Shown here piece after piece: positions 46,195 to 56,277 of a stretch of 64,000 nt of DNA. The translations under genes were made by a program, and so were the position numbers. The number at the start of each line of letters is the position of its first letter. The stretch's first letter is position 1. A model generated the notes under the pieces. It was not told the origin of the DNA and did no database searches. It was given only the letters and a program-made list of their open reading frames with translations. The DNA lies in the sequence record NC_071007.1, one strand, 5' to 3'.

Positions 46195-47289
46195 ATGAAT
46201 CAATTTCTTTTAACACCTGGGGGAACTAAACCAAGTATTCCTCTATTTGGTAAGCTACAAAATTTACGTGCTATACATAAAAGGAATACGGAAAGGTTTA
46301 AAACCTTCTATGGGATGGGAAATAGAGTATTACCAAACCAACATCCTCTTGTGCAATTTTTATTACAACTTTCTGTTGACCCTAATTGGACCCCCAATCA
46401 GCTGTACGATAATATTGTCATGAGCAGTAAAAAAATAGCAAGTAATGTCAACATTACTTCTCTTTATAATCGTGGGAAAGATCATCCTTTAAGTGTTTAT
46501 CCTGAAGAGAACCATCACACTCTCATTGTTATTCCTTATGATAAAGATTTAGAAACTTTTTGGGAACCTGGTAAGATTGCTTCCATAAAGAAAACCATGA
46601 CACCTGCACTAACTCCTTTAATGACTACTAGTAAAACTCATTATTGGAACATGGATTTTTTAATAGACGGTATTGTAAGAAAAACAACTGAAGATGTCTA
46701 TACTGTTCTAGAACTAGATCCTTTTGCACTAGCATTTGGTTTTTATTGGTACTTAAAAGAAAGAATAATGAATAAAATCAATGTGGGATTAACACCGCAT
46801 CATTACGTTATGTTGGTTTTAATGGAAACTTACATTGCACATAACAATCTTGTTATTCTTAATTTAATTACAGATAACGAACCAATCTCTGTTCAACCAC
46901 CGGGATTTGCGTTAGAACAATATAGTCATTTGCAGAATGAACATACTAGATGGGCAAGATCCGTTTTATTATCAGAACGAATTAAATCCGCAGGAGAATG
47001 GATTAATATTTGCGATGGCTGTTTTGAAGAAGTAAGAAGTTATAAATCTGTTTTTCCTAAAAGAATGGACAGTGTTATGTTTGTTCAACTTGGTTGGGTT
47101 TATACATTGTGTTCTTTATATTGGGGAAGTTCTTATTTATTCTTTATGGACTTTATGGGGTCATTTGACCCGACGGTAACCAGTAAACTAAAAACGTTTT
47201 ATAAGATACCAATGAACTTTAATACTAATCAAATTAAAGATTCTTATTGGAATAGTTTTTATTGCAACGTTTGGAAAAACTTAAGTTAA
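46195..47289 (+). CDS. Conserved chimallivirus protein (phiKZ gp52-like)
   Basis: Likely start ATG 46195 (SD aagga); opposite-strand gene between DNA polymerase and chimallin, as in relatives. Confidence 0.55.
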   Translation: MNQFLLTPGGTKPSIPLFGKLQNLRAIHKRNTERFKTFYGMGNRVLPNQHPLVQFLLQLSVDPNWTPNQLYDNIVMSSKKIASNVNITSLYNRGKDHPLSVYPEENHHTLIVIPYDKDLETFWEPGKIASIKKTMTPALTPLMTTSKTHYWNMDFLIDGIVRKTTEDVYTVLELDPFALAFGFYWYLKERIMNKINVGLTPHHYVMLVLMETYIAHNNLVILNLITDNEPISVQPPGFALEQYSHLQNEHTRWARSVLLSERIKSAGEWINICDGCFEEVRSYKSVFPKRMDSVMFVQLGWVYTLCSLYWGSSYLFFMDFMGSFDPTVTSKLKTFYKIPMNFNTNQIKDSYWNSFYCNVWKNLS

Positions 47290-47305
47290 TGACACCAAAT
47301 GTAGT

Positions 47306-47336
47306 TCCCCCTGACTCCACAGTGGAGTCAGGGGGA
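47306..47336. terminator. Bidirectional hairpin between convergent genes
   Basis: tccccctgactccac-a-gtggagtcaggggga. Confidence 0.75.
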
Positions 47337-47362
47337 GATGCAACGTTAGTTACAAAATATTG

Positions 47363-49432
47363 TTAATGTTCGTCAGAAATCAATCGAGTGATATTATCAT
47401 TCATGACATAAATCCCAGTAGAGTGCAAAACCTCATAAATGGATTTACAGTTTTGTTTGATAATGGTTCGATAATCAATAGCTTCTTTAAACTCTTTTGG
47501 AATGTCTCCTAAGTTTTGGAGTATTTCGCGTGGAATATAAAGATTACTAAGACTATCTTTTCCTTTCTCCATTAACCAAGTCATTAACCTTTCTTTAATC
47601 TCACCATCTTGGATAGATTCGACCCAGGCCTTTAATTTTGTTTTAGATCCCATGTCAACTGACATTTTAGCTGCGACATAAGGAAGTTCTGGAGCTGGAC
47701 CATACTTATGAGCAAAACACTGCTCCCACATGTCATGGTACATGTATTTTTCACTAAAGGGATTTGTGTATGCACTAGCGTTCTTAATGGTTTCGCGGGT
47801 CAACCAAGACCAATTACCTGCCATAATTTCATTAATGATTTCACGTTCCATTTCGCCAATTTCAAATAGGATTGTAGGAGCATGAAGTTTTTTCTTTTGC
47901 TCAACTGCATTCACTACCGCTTCCATAATTTCTTGTGCTTTTCCTTTAATGTTAGCAGCAATTTTAGAAGACTTTAAGTGAACACCTTTAATTTCCATTT
48001 CTGGTTCTTTGTTAGCAACACCTTCTACCATTCGCTGAGAAGCATAATAGTGTTTTGACATCAGTGTAGTAACATAGCTACCAAAGAAATATTCATTCTT
48101 CATATTGAGCATACGAAGATTACGTTTACTAACGTTCATGTTGGCTGACAGTTGCCCGTGTTGATCAACCGAGATCATCCGAATAAAGTATGTCAAGACA
48201 GCATTCAATCTCACACCTTTATCATAATCATCAGTGTAATCTTCAGTCATTGCATCAACAGTATAAATAGATGAGTCGGTATCGGAAGTTAATACACAAT
48301 CTCGAACTGCATGTATAACGTCAAACAACCCAGAAGGAGGAATTGGTGATTTAAAGAATATATTCATGAAATCAAAATACTTAGTTTCTAATTCCATGTG
48401 ATATGCATTAAGCTGGTTGATTTCTATCTTTTCAGGATCTGAATGAAGTTTAGAAATAGCTAAAACATACTTATCACCATTGTCGGGTTTTAATCCTTCA
48501 TTTCCTTCTATGATTTTTGGAACTTCAACATACTCGTCAAAAAACTGTTGAATAAATGTTTTATTGAAATTATAGAGTGTCACCAAATCAAGCGTATATG
48601 CAATAGTCGCTAGTTCAACTTCATTTAATGAATCTAGGAACATTTTGATATACTGCATTGTTGACCGAGACTCCCAATACCTCCTGGAACATCCCTCAAC
48701 AATTTTCAATACTTGTTCTGAGCTAGGATAATGAAGTTTATACCTTTCCATTACCTTTGCTACTTTATCAAAATTAGTAACACGCAGTCTAGCAACAATT
48801 GACTGCATTGTATTTTCAGGGGTATTATAAAAACGGTTACCAGCAATAAATTGCTCATTAACCAGGTTTGCGGTTGACGTTAAACAACGACAAGTCGAGG
48901 TTAATGTGGTATGCCCGGTTTTATTGTTTATCGGTGTCCCTTCGGAGGACATTGCACCAGATTGAGCATTGTTAAAGATTTTAAAGGCATTTTGCAATTC
49001 GTTATATTTAATATAAAGATCTTTATTACCAGCTGCCTTGGCTTCTTGGCGTTTATCTTTATAAAATTTACGGTTAGCAAGAAAATCGCGCGTCCCTATT
49101 GCGTTAACACACTCTTCTTCATCAGAATGTTTATACGCAATCATTGATGGACTAAAATGATAATTTTTATCCTGTACATGTTTTAATACACTTGAGAAAG
49201 GAACTACCTTTACTTCCCTATCTTCATTTTTATTTTTAATCAGTATCTTGGCACGTTTAGATTTAAAATCATCTTTCTTTGCTTTAAAATACTCGACCAA
49301 TTCTTTTTTAACTTGATCAAACGGAACATTTTGTATTTTACTTAATACAGTTGCATATTGATCAATTGAATGTTTAATTAGATTTCTATCAACGTCGTAC
49401 TCATCAGAGACGAACGGACTTGCGGTGGACAT
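47363..49432 (-). CDS. DNA polymerase, split family B, C-terminal catalytic subunit (phiKZ gp50-like)
   Basis: Motif B QNAFKIFNNAQSG, motif C TSDTDSSIY, KGVHL; likely start ATG 49432. Confidence 0.88.
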   Translation of the reverse strand: MSTASPFVSDEYDVDRNLIKHSIDQYATVLSKIQNVPFDQVKKELVEYFKAKKDDFKSKRAKILIKNKNEDREVKVVPFSSVLKHVQDKNYHFSPSMIAYKHSDEEECVNAIGTRDFLANRKFYKDKRQEAKAAGNKDLYIKYNELQNAFKIFNNAQSGAMSSEGTPINNKTGHTTLTSTCRCLTSTANLVNEQFIAGNRFYNTPENTMQSIVARLRVTNFDKVAKVMERYKLHYPSSEQVLKIVEGCSRRYWESRSTMQYIKMFLDSLNEVELATIAYTLDLVTLYNFNKTFIQQFFDEYVEVPKIIEGNEGLKPDNGDKYVLAISKLHSDPEKIEINQLNAYHMELETKYFDFMNIFFKSPIPPSGLFDVIHAVRDCVLTSDTDSSIYTVDAMTEDYTDDYDKGVRLNAVLTYFIRMISVDQHGQLSANMNVSKRNLRMLNMKNEYFFGSYVTTLMSKHYYASQRMVEGVANKEPEMEIKGVHLKSSKIAANIKGKAQEIMEAVVNAVEQKKKLHAPTILFEIGEMEREIINEIMAGNWSWLTRETIKNASAYTNPFSEKYMYHDMWEQCFAHKYGPAPELPYVAAKMSVDMGSKTKLKAWVESIQDGEIKERLMTWLMEKGKDSLSNLYIPREILQNLGDIPKEFKEAIDYRTIIKQNCKSIYEVLHSTGIYVMNDNITRLISDEH

Positions 49433-49466
49433 AACGTTCCCTCTAATAGAAAAAAAAAATAAATAT

Positions 49467-49500
49467 CTTACTAGACCTACCAAATGGCGGGTCTAGTAAG
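49467..49500 (-). terminator. Hairpin terminator
   Basis: cttactagacc...ggtctagtaag around a ccaaatgg core, with an A10 tract to its left. Confidence 0.7.
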
Positions 49501-49507
49501 AATAAAC

Positions 49508-49930
49508 TTATTGTTTATCTGTCACCTGGAGGGTATAAGAAACATTTAAGTTAGCAAAGAAATCTTTAACTGGCGCGTTGTAACGTTCTTGCCAATCCCC
49601 AATCAAAATCGTCGCAACTCTACCTTTGGTAACTTCTAACGTCCCAGGTTGAATCCATGGTTCCCCAATCACAATAACCTGGTTGGTATTAGCATCAGGT
49701 TTAATGATTAAGTAATCATAAATTGTTGGGTCATTAATATTATTTACATTTTCTTTAAACTTTGGGTAGAAGTTTTGATGTTTAACATTGAGTTCAGGAT
49801 CAATGATACTAGCAGCCTCATAACCGACCACACCTTGAACAAGCACACTTTTATATTGGGACCCAAAGATCCCAGGTGCGATCATATCAAAGTTTACCAT
49901 ATCGCCTTTACGTAATTCATTAATTTTCAT
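49508..49930 (-). CDS. Conserved chimallivirus protein (phiKZ gp49-like)
   Basis: 140 aa; ATGA overlap with the upstream gene; synteny. Confidence 0.5.
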   Translation of the reverse strand: MKINELRKGDMVNFDMIAPGIFGSQYKSVLVQGVVGYEAASIIDPELNVKHQNFYPKFKENVNNINDPTIYDYLIIKPDANTNQVIVIGEPWIQPGTLEVTKGRVATILIGDWQERYNAPVKDFFANLNVSYTLQVTDKQ

Positions 49931-50595
49931 ATCGTTGGTCTCACTATTGCAACAAGTGTTGGGAACCTAATCAAATTATCCCCATACTTAACAGTAGGAC
50001 CTTTAAGATCTAGAACGACCAATTCCCAAACAAGATTAGGATCATTTTCTTCGATGTACAACATCTCTTTGATCTGACGTTCAATTAAGATATCGGCTTC
50101 ATCTTTCTTTTCAAGTTGTTCTACGTTATCGATAATGTCCATAATCTCTAGATCAATGTCTGTCAAAAGACTTTCAATTTCACTAGGAGAAATCATGATG
50201 GTAATCGTATCGATTTCATCTTCATCCAGATATGTTCCGTAAAAATCTTTTACCAGCTTTAATACGGGATACATCGGATCTTCTTTTGTAAAAGTCTGTC
50301 CTAACTTTTTACTAAATTCAGCAAGTATTTCTGTGCAATCAGGACTATCGATACCATCTTTAATCAATGAAAGAGCATCAATTAAATTATTGATCAACGT
50401 CTTATATTTACAAGGAGCGTCAATCTTTTTAAACTTACCTACTCTCCCTAGCTTTTTAAATATTTCTGCTAGAATTTCGGTTGTCAAAACAGTATCTTTT
50501 AATTGCTTTTGCGTTACAATTGTTTCAAGTAACTCATCATATTTAAAGTTATCCAGATGTATCCACATGTTGTTCTCACTATTGTGAACATTCAA
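49927..50595 (-). CDS. Acidic hypothetical protein
   Basis: 222-aa ORF in a chain of overlapping genes. Confidence 0.55.
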   Translation of the reverse strand: MNVHNSENNMWIHLDNFKYDELLETIVTQKQLKDTVLTTEILAEIFKKLGRVGKFKKIDAPCKYKTLINNLIDALSLIKDGIDSPDCTEILAEFSKKLGQTFTKEDPMYPVLKLVKDFYGTYLDEDEIDTITIMISPSEIESLLTDIDLEIMDIIDNVEQLEKKDEADILIERQIKEMLYIEENDPNLVWELVVLDLKGPTVKYGDNLIRFPTLVAIVRPTI

Positions 50596-50893
50596 ATGTT
50601 AAAAATATAACATTATCATATATTTGTCCTTTACAAGTACAAGCGGTAAAGGTTTCATTAATATGGTGACATAGATTTTTTAATTCCAGGAATTTTGCCA
50701 AGACAGGAGTATCGATCAACGGATCACCTGTCGTTAGTATAGCGTCACTTTCGATACTAACTGGAAAGGCGTGTGTGATCCCATATGTCTGGATCAATGC
50801 ACCAACTGCACTTATTCCATTTTCAATTGGGATCCCAGGAAACCCAAGATGAAATGTAATAATTTCCTTATGACCCAGTATTGGTGTCAACAT
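50579..50893 (-). CDS. Hypothetical protein
   Basis: 104-aa ORF in the overlapping chain. Confidence 0.55.
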   Translation of the reverse strand: MLTPILGHKEIITFHLGFPGIPIENGISAVGALIQTYGITHAFPVSIESDAILTTGDPLIDTPVLAKFLELKNLCHHINETFTACTCKGQIYDNVIFLTFECSQ

Positions 50894-51180
50894 TTGGATT
50901 CTCCAAACACAATTAATGTGTTATTATTAATTTTAATAAAATCTGAATGTGGTTGAAAATCGATTGCGTGAATTATATCATTTAAATGAATCATCAACTG
51001 GGATTTTATCAATGTTCCAGCAAAGCCAAATTCATTCACCAATCTAATATTCAAAAGTTCCACATTTCTGGTTTGTAGGTATTCTTTTATGATTTCAAAG
51101 AAACGGGTCTGCGACAGTTGGTAACGGCTCGCAATCTCCTTTAAGGGAAACAAATTGACAGTCAGGCATGAGCTGGTCAT
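50887..51180 (-). CDS. Hypothetical protein
   Basis: 97-aa ORF with SD ggag. Confidence 0.5.
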   Translation of the reverse strand: MTSSCLTVNLFPLKEIASRYQLSQTRFFEIIKEYLQTRNVELLNIRLVNEFGFAGTLIKSQLMIHLNDIIHAIDFQPHSDFIKINNNTLIVFGESKC

Positions 51181-51553
51181 GATCGTCTCCTACTTCATAT
51201 AGGATAAAATTAAAATTATCTTTATATCGAGATAACGCATAATTTTTAGTTAGATCTAATCCAAGTTGGTAAACCAAGAAATCTCTAAACTTTAAATAAA
51301 GATCATCGAATTCTTCGATCAATACATCTTGATTAAACCAAACTTTAATATCGCCTTCTTTACAGTATCCATTTAACGAAAATATTCCACATGCTCGGAT
51401 GAGATAAGTTTGTAGCATCAAAACAATTGCAGGCTTATCTTTTTCTTTAATTAATTTATTAGCGTGTATTTGATTTTGTTCAAGGGCTTCTTCTATAAAG
51501 AAAAAGAAGCCAGAGAAATTAATTGATTGGACATTGACCTTTGAAGAGCTCAT
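51095..51553 (-). CDS. Hypothetical protein
   Basis: 152-aa ORF with SD gagg. Confidence 0.55.
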   Translation of the reverse strand: MSSSKVNVQSINFSGFFFFIEEALEQNQIHANKLIKEKDKPAIVLMLQTYLIRACGIFSLNGYCKEGDIKVWFNQDVLIEEFDDLYLKFRDFLVYQLGLDLTKNYALSRYKDNFNFILYEVGDDHDQLMPDCQFVSLKGDCEPLPTVADPFL

Positions 51554-52016
51554 TTAAAACCTCAATATTTGGATGATCTTCAACACAATGGCTAATATCA
51601 TTATTATCAGAATTGGAATTAAATACCAATACGGTCATTTCCAAATCCATAATAATAGTGCAAACTTTCCTTAGTCCAAATTTCTTAGTAACAACTTTAT
51701 ACATAAGTCTTGGATCAAAACCCGAGGTATAAAATTGCATTTTAACATCGTGAACAAGTTGAGCAATTAAAGGACAGAGTTCATAAAACAAAGGTTCTTC
51801 ATTTTGGTATTGAACAATCATTGCATCAAGAACAGTATCAATTTTATCCTTTTTGTTATTGAGTGCTTGTACAGCACAATCGATCACTAACGTACTGAAA
51901 TATTCCAAGCGTTCATCAGTGTTTTGTGTCTGATTTTCAAAACCAAAAAACTTACACAACAAAGCTATCCGCATTTTTAAATCATCAGTATCAATCGTGT
52001 ACATGTATTTACCCAT
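51519..52016 (-). CDS. Conserved hypothetical protein
   Basis: 165-aa ORF abutting the upstream stop. Confidence 0.55.
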   Translation of the reverse strand: MGKYMYTIDTDDLKMRIALLCKFFGFENQTQNTDERLEYFSTLVIDCAVQALNNKKDKIDTVLDAMIVQYQNEEPLFYELCPLIAQLVHDVKMQFYTSGFDPRLMYKVVTKKFGLRKVCTIIMDLEMTVLVFNSNSDNNDISHCVEDHPNIEVLNELFKGQCPIN

Positions 52017-52295
52017 TCAATAAAAAGTTAATTGAAAACGCAAGTGACCTAAATTTACTAACGTTGCGTTATCCGGAGTTGGTATTGTTGCAATTTGTTC
52101 ATCCACATAGCCTTTTACAATTTCATAAACACTGCTATGAATAAATGAAATATTGCGGTCAAAAGGACTAGGTGGAAGTGGTATTCCTTGATCAAGACAT
52201 GCATCTTGAATAACAGAATACGCTAAACTTTCTGGGCATTCGGAAAGTGTTTTTAAATCCTGACAGTGTCCCGCTAAATTAAAAATAAGTTGCAT
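52017..52295 (-). CDS. Hypothetical protein
   Basis: 92-aa ORF. Confidence 0.5.
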   Translation of the reverse strand: MQLIFNLAGHCQDLKTLSECPESLAYSVIQDACLDQGIPLPPSPFDRNISFIHSSVYEIVKGYVDEQIATIPTPDNATLVNLGHLRFQLTFY

Positions 52296-52303
52296 AAATA
52301 AAT

Positions 52304-52329
52304 AGAGGGGTAGCTTTAACTACCCCTCT
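52304..52329 (-). terminator. Terminator after PhuZ
   Basis: agaggggtag-ctttaa-ctacccctct. Confidence 0.7.
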
Positions 52330-52347
52330 TCTCCATTAATCTAAAGA

Positions 52348-53301
52348 TTAAAGGTACATGCCATCCGGAGATGCATCAGACAGATCAACTGGTTTTACTT
52401 TATGGCGACCAGCCAGTTCAGCTTGTTTAGCTTGTTGTTCTTTAATCATCTCTTCAAGTTCAATCAAAGTAGAACCATGGTCAAGAACAACGTGTGCTGT
52501 ATCAACATAACCTTTTGTTATATCGGTAAACAAACCAGCTTTGCGATAAAGCAAATTACTGAATGGTGAACGGATTTGTTCAATGTCATTATAAATGGAC
52601 AATGCTGCAACTGGAACCCGCTTGTATTCAGTTACTTTTTCTTCATTGCAGAAACTTACCTGTGACAAGATAGGATCTGCTTTAACTACGTTAGTAAAGA
52701 AGAACAGGTTTTTGATATCGGCATAGTCAATGCGTTCGTTATTCAAGTTCAGCATCAACAGTGCGTTATCAATGGTACGGGTTACTTCAGTGTTAATTGC
52801 ACCTTGAGTATTCTTAGTGCTATTTTCGCGATAGCAGAACAATACAGGTGCTTCATGAAGTTGTGCTTGAGCAAGCAGAGACCGAAGTGTACCTACAGTG
52901 TTATCCATTTCTTTAATGGAAGTGGAATCCCCAATTACAATGGACAATACTGGAATTCCTTTTTCCAGCATGGCTTTAACCATATATGGACCAAGAATAG
53001 AACCAGAACCGCCAGATGCTGAATAGATCAAGATATTCAGTTTATTAGGAGGGAGTTTAGCCAAAGCACGCTTAACCAGATCCGGTGCAAGTGGTGCATT
53101 ACTTGCTTTATTAGAACCAGAACCTTCTACCCCTTCCATGCGCTCAATATGATAAGCGCCATCAGTACCTGGGTTTGCGTCAGAGAAATCAACACCAAGT
53201 ACGTTTTCAACAAATTTTCCTTGATTGGTGTTTTTCAGAAAATGATTCAGGTTAGTAATCCCAGCGCCGCCCAGACCATAAATATTAAAACACTTTTGCA
53301 T
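52348..53301 (-). CDS. phuZ: PhuZ phage tubulin
   Basis: N-terminal YGLGGAG, tubulin signature SASGGSGS, T7-like IDYADI, PhuZ-type C-terminal tail ...DGMYL; likely start ATG 53301 (SD ggag). Confidence 0.92.
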   Translation of the reverse strand: MQKCFNIYGLGGAGITNLNHFLKNTNQGKFVENVLGVDFSDANPGTDGAYHIERMEGVEGSGSNKASNAPLAPDLVKRALAKLPPNKLNILIYSASGGSGSILGPYMVKAMLEKGIPVLSIVIGDSTSIKEMDNTVGTLRSLLAQAQLHEAPVLFCYRENSTKNTQGAINTEVTRTIDNALLMLNLNNERIDYADIKNLFFFTNVVKADPILSQVSFCNEEKVTEYKRVPVAALSIYNDIEQIRSPFSNLLYRKAGLFTDITKGYVDTAHVVLDHGSTLIELEEMIKEQQAKQAELAGRHKVKPVDLSDASPDGMYL

Positions 53302-53416
53302 TTTTATCTCCATTGTTGTTAAAAGCTTCTGTATGAGGCTATAAACGTTTTTTGTTGCTACAGTATTGTAACGAGTGTTTATTAAAAAGAAATTCGTTAT
53401 ACTTCTTTATAGAAGC

Positions 53417-53821
53417 TTAGGTAAGAATAGAAAGAACACATTCAGGAATAAATTCTCGGATTCTTTTATAAATCTCTGAATAAAGTTCTTCATCATCATC
53501 GATACTTTCAATCAAGTAATTTTGAGCGTAAATACCACCCTGGGGAACGGACAACGCATAAATATTACTTTCTTTAAATTGAGTATCCGGAATACTGAAC
53601 CACCCATTCAAAATAAGTACATAAGTCCCTGGTTGATTTTCAGGATAAGCCGAAATTTGAATTCGAAATTCATCCTCATTATTTACTCTCAATCCAAAAC
53701 TAAGGAGATTTTGGATATGGGAAACCGTTGGCCAAGGCTTAGAACCTTGTTCATCCAACATTGCATTCACTTGATCTTGAATCATCAAGGAAATAACTTC
53801 AGCACGTTTTGTTGTACTCAT
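53417..53821 (-). CDS. Hypothetical protein
   Basis: 134-aa ORF. Confidence 0.55.
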   Translation of the reverse strand: MSTTKRAEVISLMIQDQVNAMLDEQGSKPWPTVSHIQNLLSFGLRVNNEDEFRIQISAYPENQPGTYVLILNGWFSIPDTQFKESNIYALSVPQGGIYAQNYLIESIDDDEELYSEIYKRIREFIPECVLSILT

Positions 53822-54185
53822 GGATAACCACCTTTGCTTTATCTAATTTTTCAGCTAATAGTGAAGGAATATCATGTTCAATAATGTCAAGTAAAGAACG
53901 ATGATTAATTTTAAGACCTTTCTTAAAAAGTGTCTTAGTATATTTTTTCCAAAGTTTAATGTGTGTAATATGAATACGGACATTTTTATTTGGATTCTCT
54001 AATCTTATCATGACACCGATAATTAAAACATCAATTTTATTTAACCGATATCTGAAAGTAGAAAAGAAATTTAATCGGTCGCCTGGTGACATGTGTTTAA
54101 TGTCATAAACATTTTTATATGCTTTTGGTTTATTCTCCAGTAATTCGTTTTTAAAGATATCTTTAATCATTTTTTCAGTATTCAT
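53799..54185 (-). CDS. Basic hypothetical protein
   Basis: 128-aa ORF downstream of a promoter motif. Confidence 0.55.
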   Translation of the reverse strand: MNTEKMIKDIFKNELLENKPKAYKNVYDIKHMSPGDRLNFFSTFRYRLNKIDVLIIGVMIRLENPNKNVRIHITHIKLWKKYTKTLFKKGLKINHRSLLDIIEHDIPSLLAEKLDKAKVVIHEYNKTC

Positions 54186-54226
54186 AATAGATACCTGTTT
54201 CGATAAGAAATACCTCCTTGATTATA

Positions 54227-54241
54227 CAATGAGATAATATC
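54227..54241 (-). promoter_or_regulatory. Phage promoter motif
   Basis: Minus strand GATATTAT-ctcat-TG. Confidence 0.6.
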
Positions 54242-54273
54242 TAGGTAAAAAAATATAAAGGTAACAAAATAAA

Positions 54274-54302
54274 ACCCAGGAGTTCCATTGGAACTCCTGG
54301 GT
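54274..54302 (-). terminator. Hairpin terminator
   Basis: acccaggagttcca-t-tggaactcctgggt. Confidence 0.75.
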
Positions 54303-54312
54303 AATAAGTTAA

Positions 54313-56277
54313 TTATTGTTGAGCAGGAAATAGTTTCATCAATATTTGTTTACGATATTCTTTATCTGAAGAAAATTGTAAACCTGAAAAGATAGTCCCG
54401 CGACTGGCTGCAAAGTGTTTGGACCGGATAACCTCAACCCTGGTTTTCCACATCGGGAATCCAAAGTTATCATGTTCCAGATAACAAACGACCTTCATTT
54501 CCATAACACAATCTTTGTAATGACGGGAAATGCCAGGTGTTCCTGTATTTGCATGGTAGGTGATCGCTTCTTTCCAGAACTCATTCAGACGATCACCAAG
54601 CCGATCCCTGATTTTATTCTGTTGACTCTCAAACTTTCCGGCAGCTTGCTGATACAGTGCGATTTGGAACTTCAGGATAGCAATACATTCCTTTTCATCC
54701 ATATCCTCCAGTGTTATACCAATTGCTTCTTTAACGGCAGGAATTCCACCAAGAGCCTTGATGATACATTTGGTATCATATTTGTTCTTGGCGTGAATGT
54801 TGAGGAATGTCAAAACTTCTTTAACTTTATCATAAGAAATTTCTCCATTCCGGATTTGGTTTATGATCTCGCTAAAGGACTTTTCAGTTTTTGCTTCCTG
54901 TTCCTTAATGCGTTCATCAAAAATCTTGATGATCCCCTTTACTACATTTCCCCAGTTACCATTAACTACCGGCTTAACACTGACCGCGTGGGAATTATCT
55001 CCCGCTACGTAATCGAGACGTTTTGTCTTCAATGCTTCTTGGGTCGGTGAATAGGTCTGGGACGCAAGTTTGTTGTTCATGATCCAGGCTTCGCAGGGTT
55101 CACAAACACTAGGTTTTAAATTTTCTTTATCGATGACAATAAAGAGAGCTCCGTTGTCCAAATCGGGAAGATCGTGATTACATTTTTGTGTTTCCCGTTC
55201 TATGGTGATGACATGACTAACAAGTTCTTTTAGAGAAATTCCAGAAACATTTCTCAACCCCAGGAATTGGTGACTGACTACCAGATCACAACCGGTGAGT
55301 TTGGTAAACAACTCGTCAGCTGTGAAATAGTTTTGGAGAATCTCCAGTCCTGTATTAACATCGCTTTCGTGGTCTTCTGAAAGCTCCTGTTTAACAAAGG
55401 CGATAAAAGACTCGATTACTAGATCTTTATCTTTTTCAACATTTATTGGTAGTTTTCCAAGTTCAAAAATGTGGGAGTCTGTAAGACTTTCGTTATTTAT
55501 TTGGAACGTGGATTTTCTTCCAGCTTTGTCTATTGGAGTATTACTAAAATCCAGGGTAGGTTTATCAATGTTAACTTCCATCGGTAATGTCATCAGTTTT
55601 ATGGCTTTTTCATATCCTACCCCAAAACAGATTTCTCGATGTGTCAGATAAATTCGTTGATGTTCAGAACCACCTGCAAGAATTTTTGCAGCAATTCCTT
55701 GGGTTAAAATCCCTACCTGGATAGAGGTAGTTACAGGGATGCAAACAACAGCACCAAGTAACCAAAATTCTTCATCTGAAATATTGTAACTTGAGCGGAC
55801 TTTGTCCAAAATAGCACGATCTTTAATGATGACAGTGTTGTCATTAATTTGTTTTGACATTTTTACTGGTTCCTTTTTAATTTGTTTGGTGATTGGTGAT
55901 GGAGTTTTAACATCTTGTAATTCGGTTAAACGTTCCTGAGTACAAAAATCAACATGATTTCTAAAAACTTGCAATTTTGCAAGGATGTATTTAAAATCTC
56001 TTACACTTTCATTTTTAGGAAAAATGGTATTGATTTCTGCAACAACTTCAAACAACTGGGAAAAATCGTTTTGATATAGTAAAGTACTGAGTGCTGCTGT
56101 AATAGCACCTTTTACTCCCAATTGAGGAACGTGATTAGTGGAAGGCGTTTCTACACTCCTTTCAAGATGATGATAAAATGCGATAGGTGATTTAAAACAT
56201 TTATCATTATATTTTTTACGCGGATTTTTATCCATGTTGATCGCTATGGTTCCAAGGATCAATTTTAATTCGTTCAT
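54313..56277 (-). CDS. Large, apparently mosaic hypothetical protein
   Basis: 654 aa; SD aagga; GC shift within the gene; N-terminus similar to 59491..60624. Confidence 0.6.
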   Translation of the reverse strand: MNELKLILGTIAINMDKNPRKKYNDKCFKSPIAFYHHLERSVETPSTNHVPQLGVKGAITAALSTLLYQNDFSQLFEVVAEINTIFPKNESVRDFKYILAKLQVFRNHVDFCTQERLTELQDVKTPSPITKQIKKEPVKMSKQINDNTVIIKDRAILDKVRSSYNISDEEFWLLGAVVCIPVTTSIQVGILTQGIAAKILAGGSEHQRIYLTHREICFGVGYEKAIKLMTLPMEVNIDKPTLDFSNTPIDKAGRKSTFQINNESLTDSHIFELGKLPINVEKDKDLVIESFIAFVKQELSEDHESDVNTGLEILQNYFTADELFTKLTGCDLVVSHQFLGLRNVSGISLKELVSHVITIERETQKCNHDLPDLDNGALFIVIDKENLKPSVCEPCEAWIMNNKLASQTYSPTQEALKTKRLDYVAGDNSHAVSVKPVVNGNWGNVVKGIIKIFDERIKEQEAKTEKSFSEIINQIRNGEISYDKVKEVLTFLNIHAKNKYDTKCIIKALGGIPAVKEAIGITLEDMDEKECIAILKFQIALYQQAAGKFESQQNKIRDRLGDRLNEFWKEAITYHANTGTPGISRHYKDCVMEMKVVCYLEHDNFGFPMWKTRVEVIRSKHFAASRGTIFSGLQFSSDKEYRKQILMKLFPAQQ

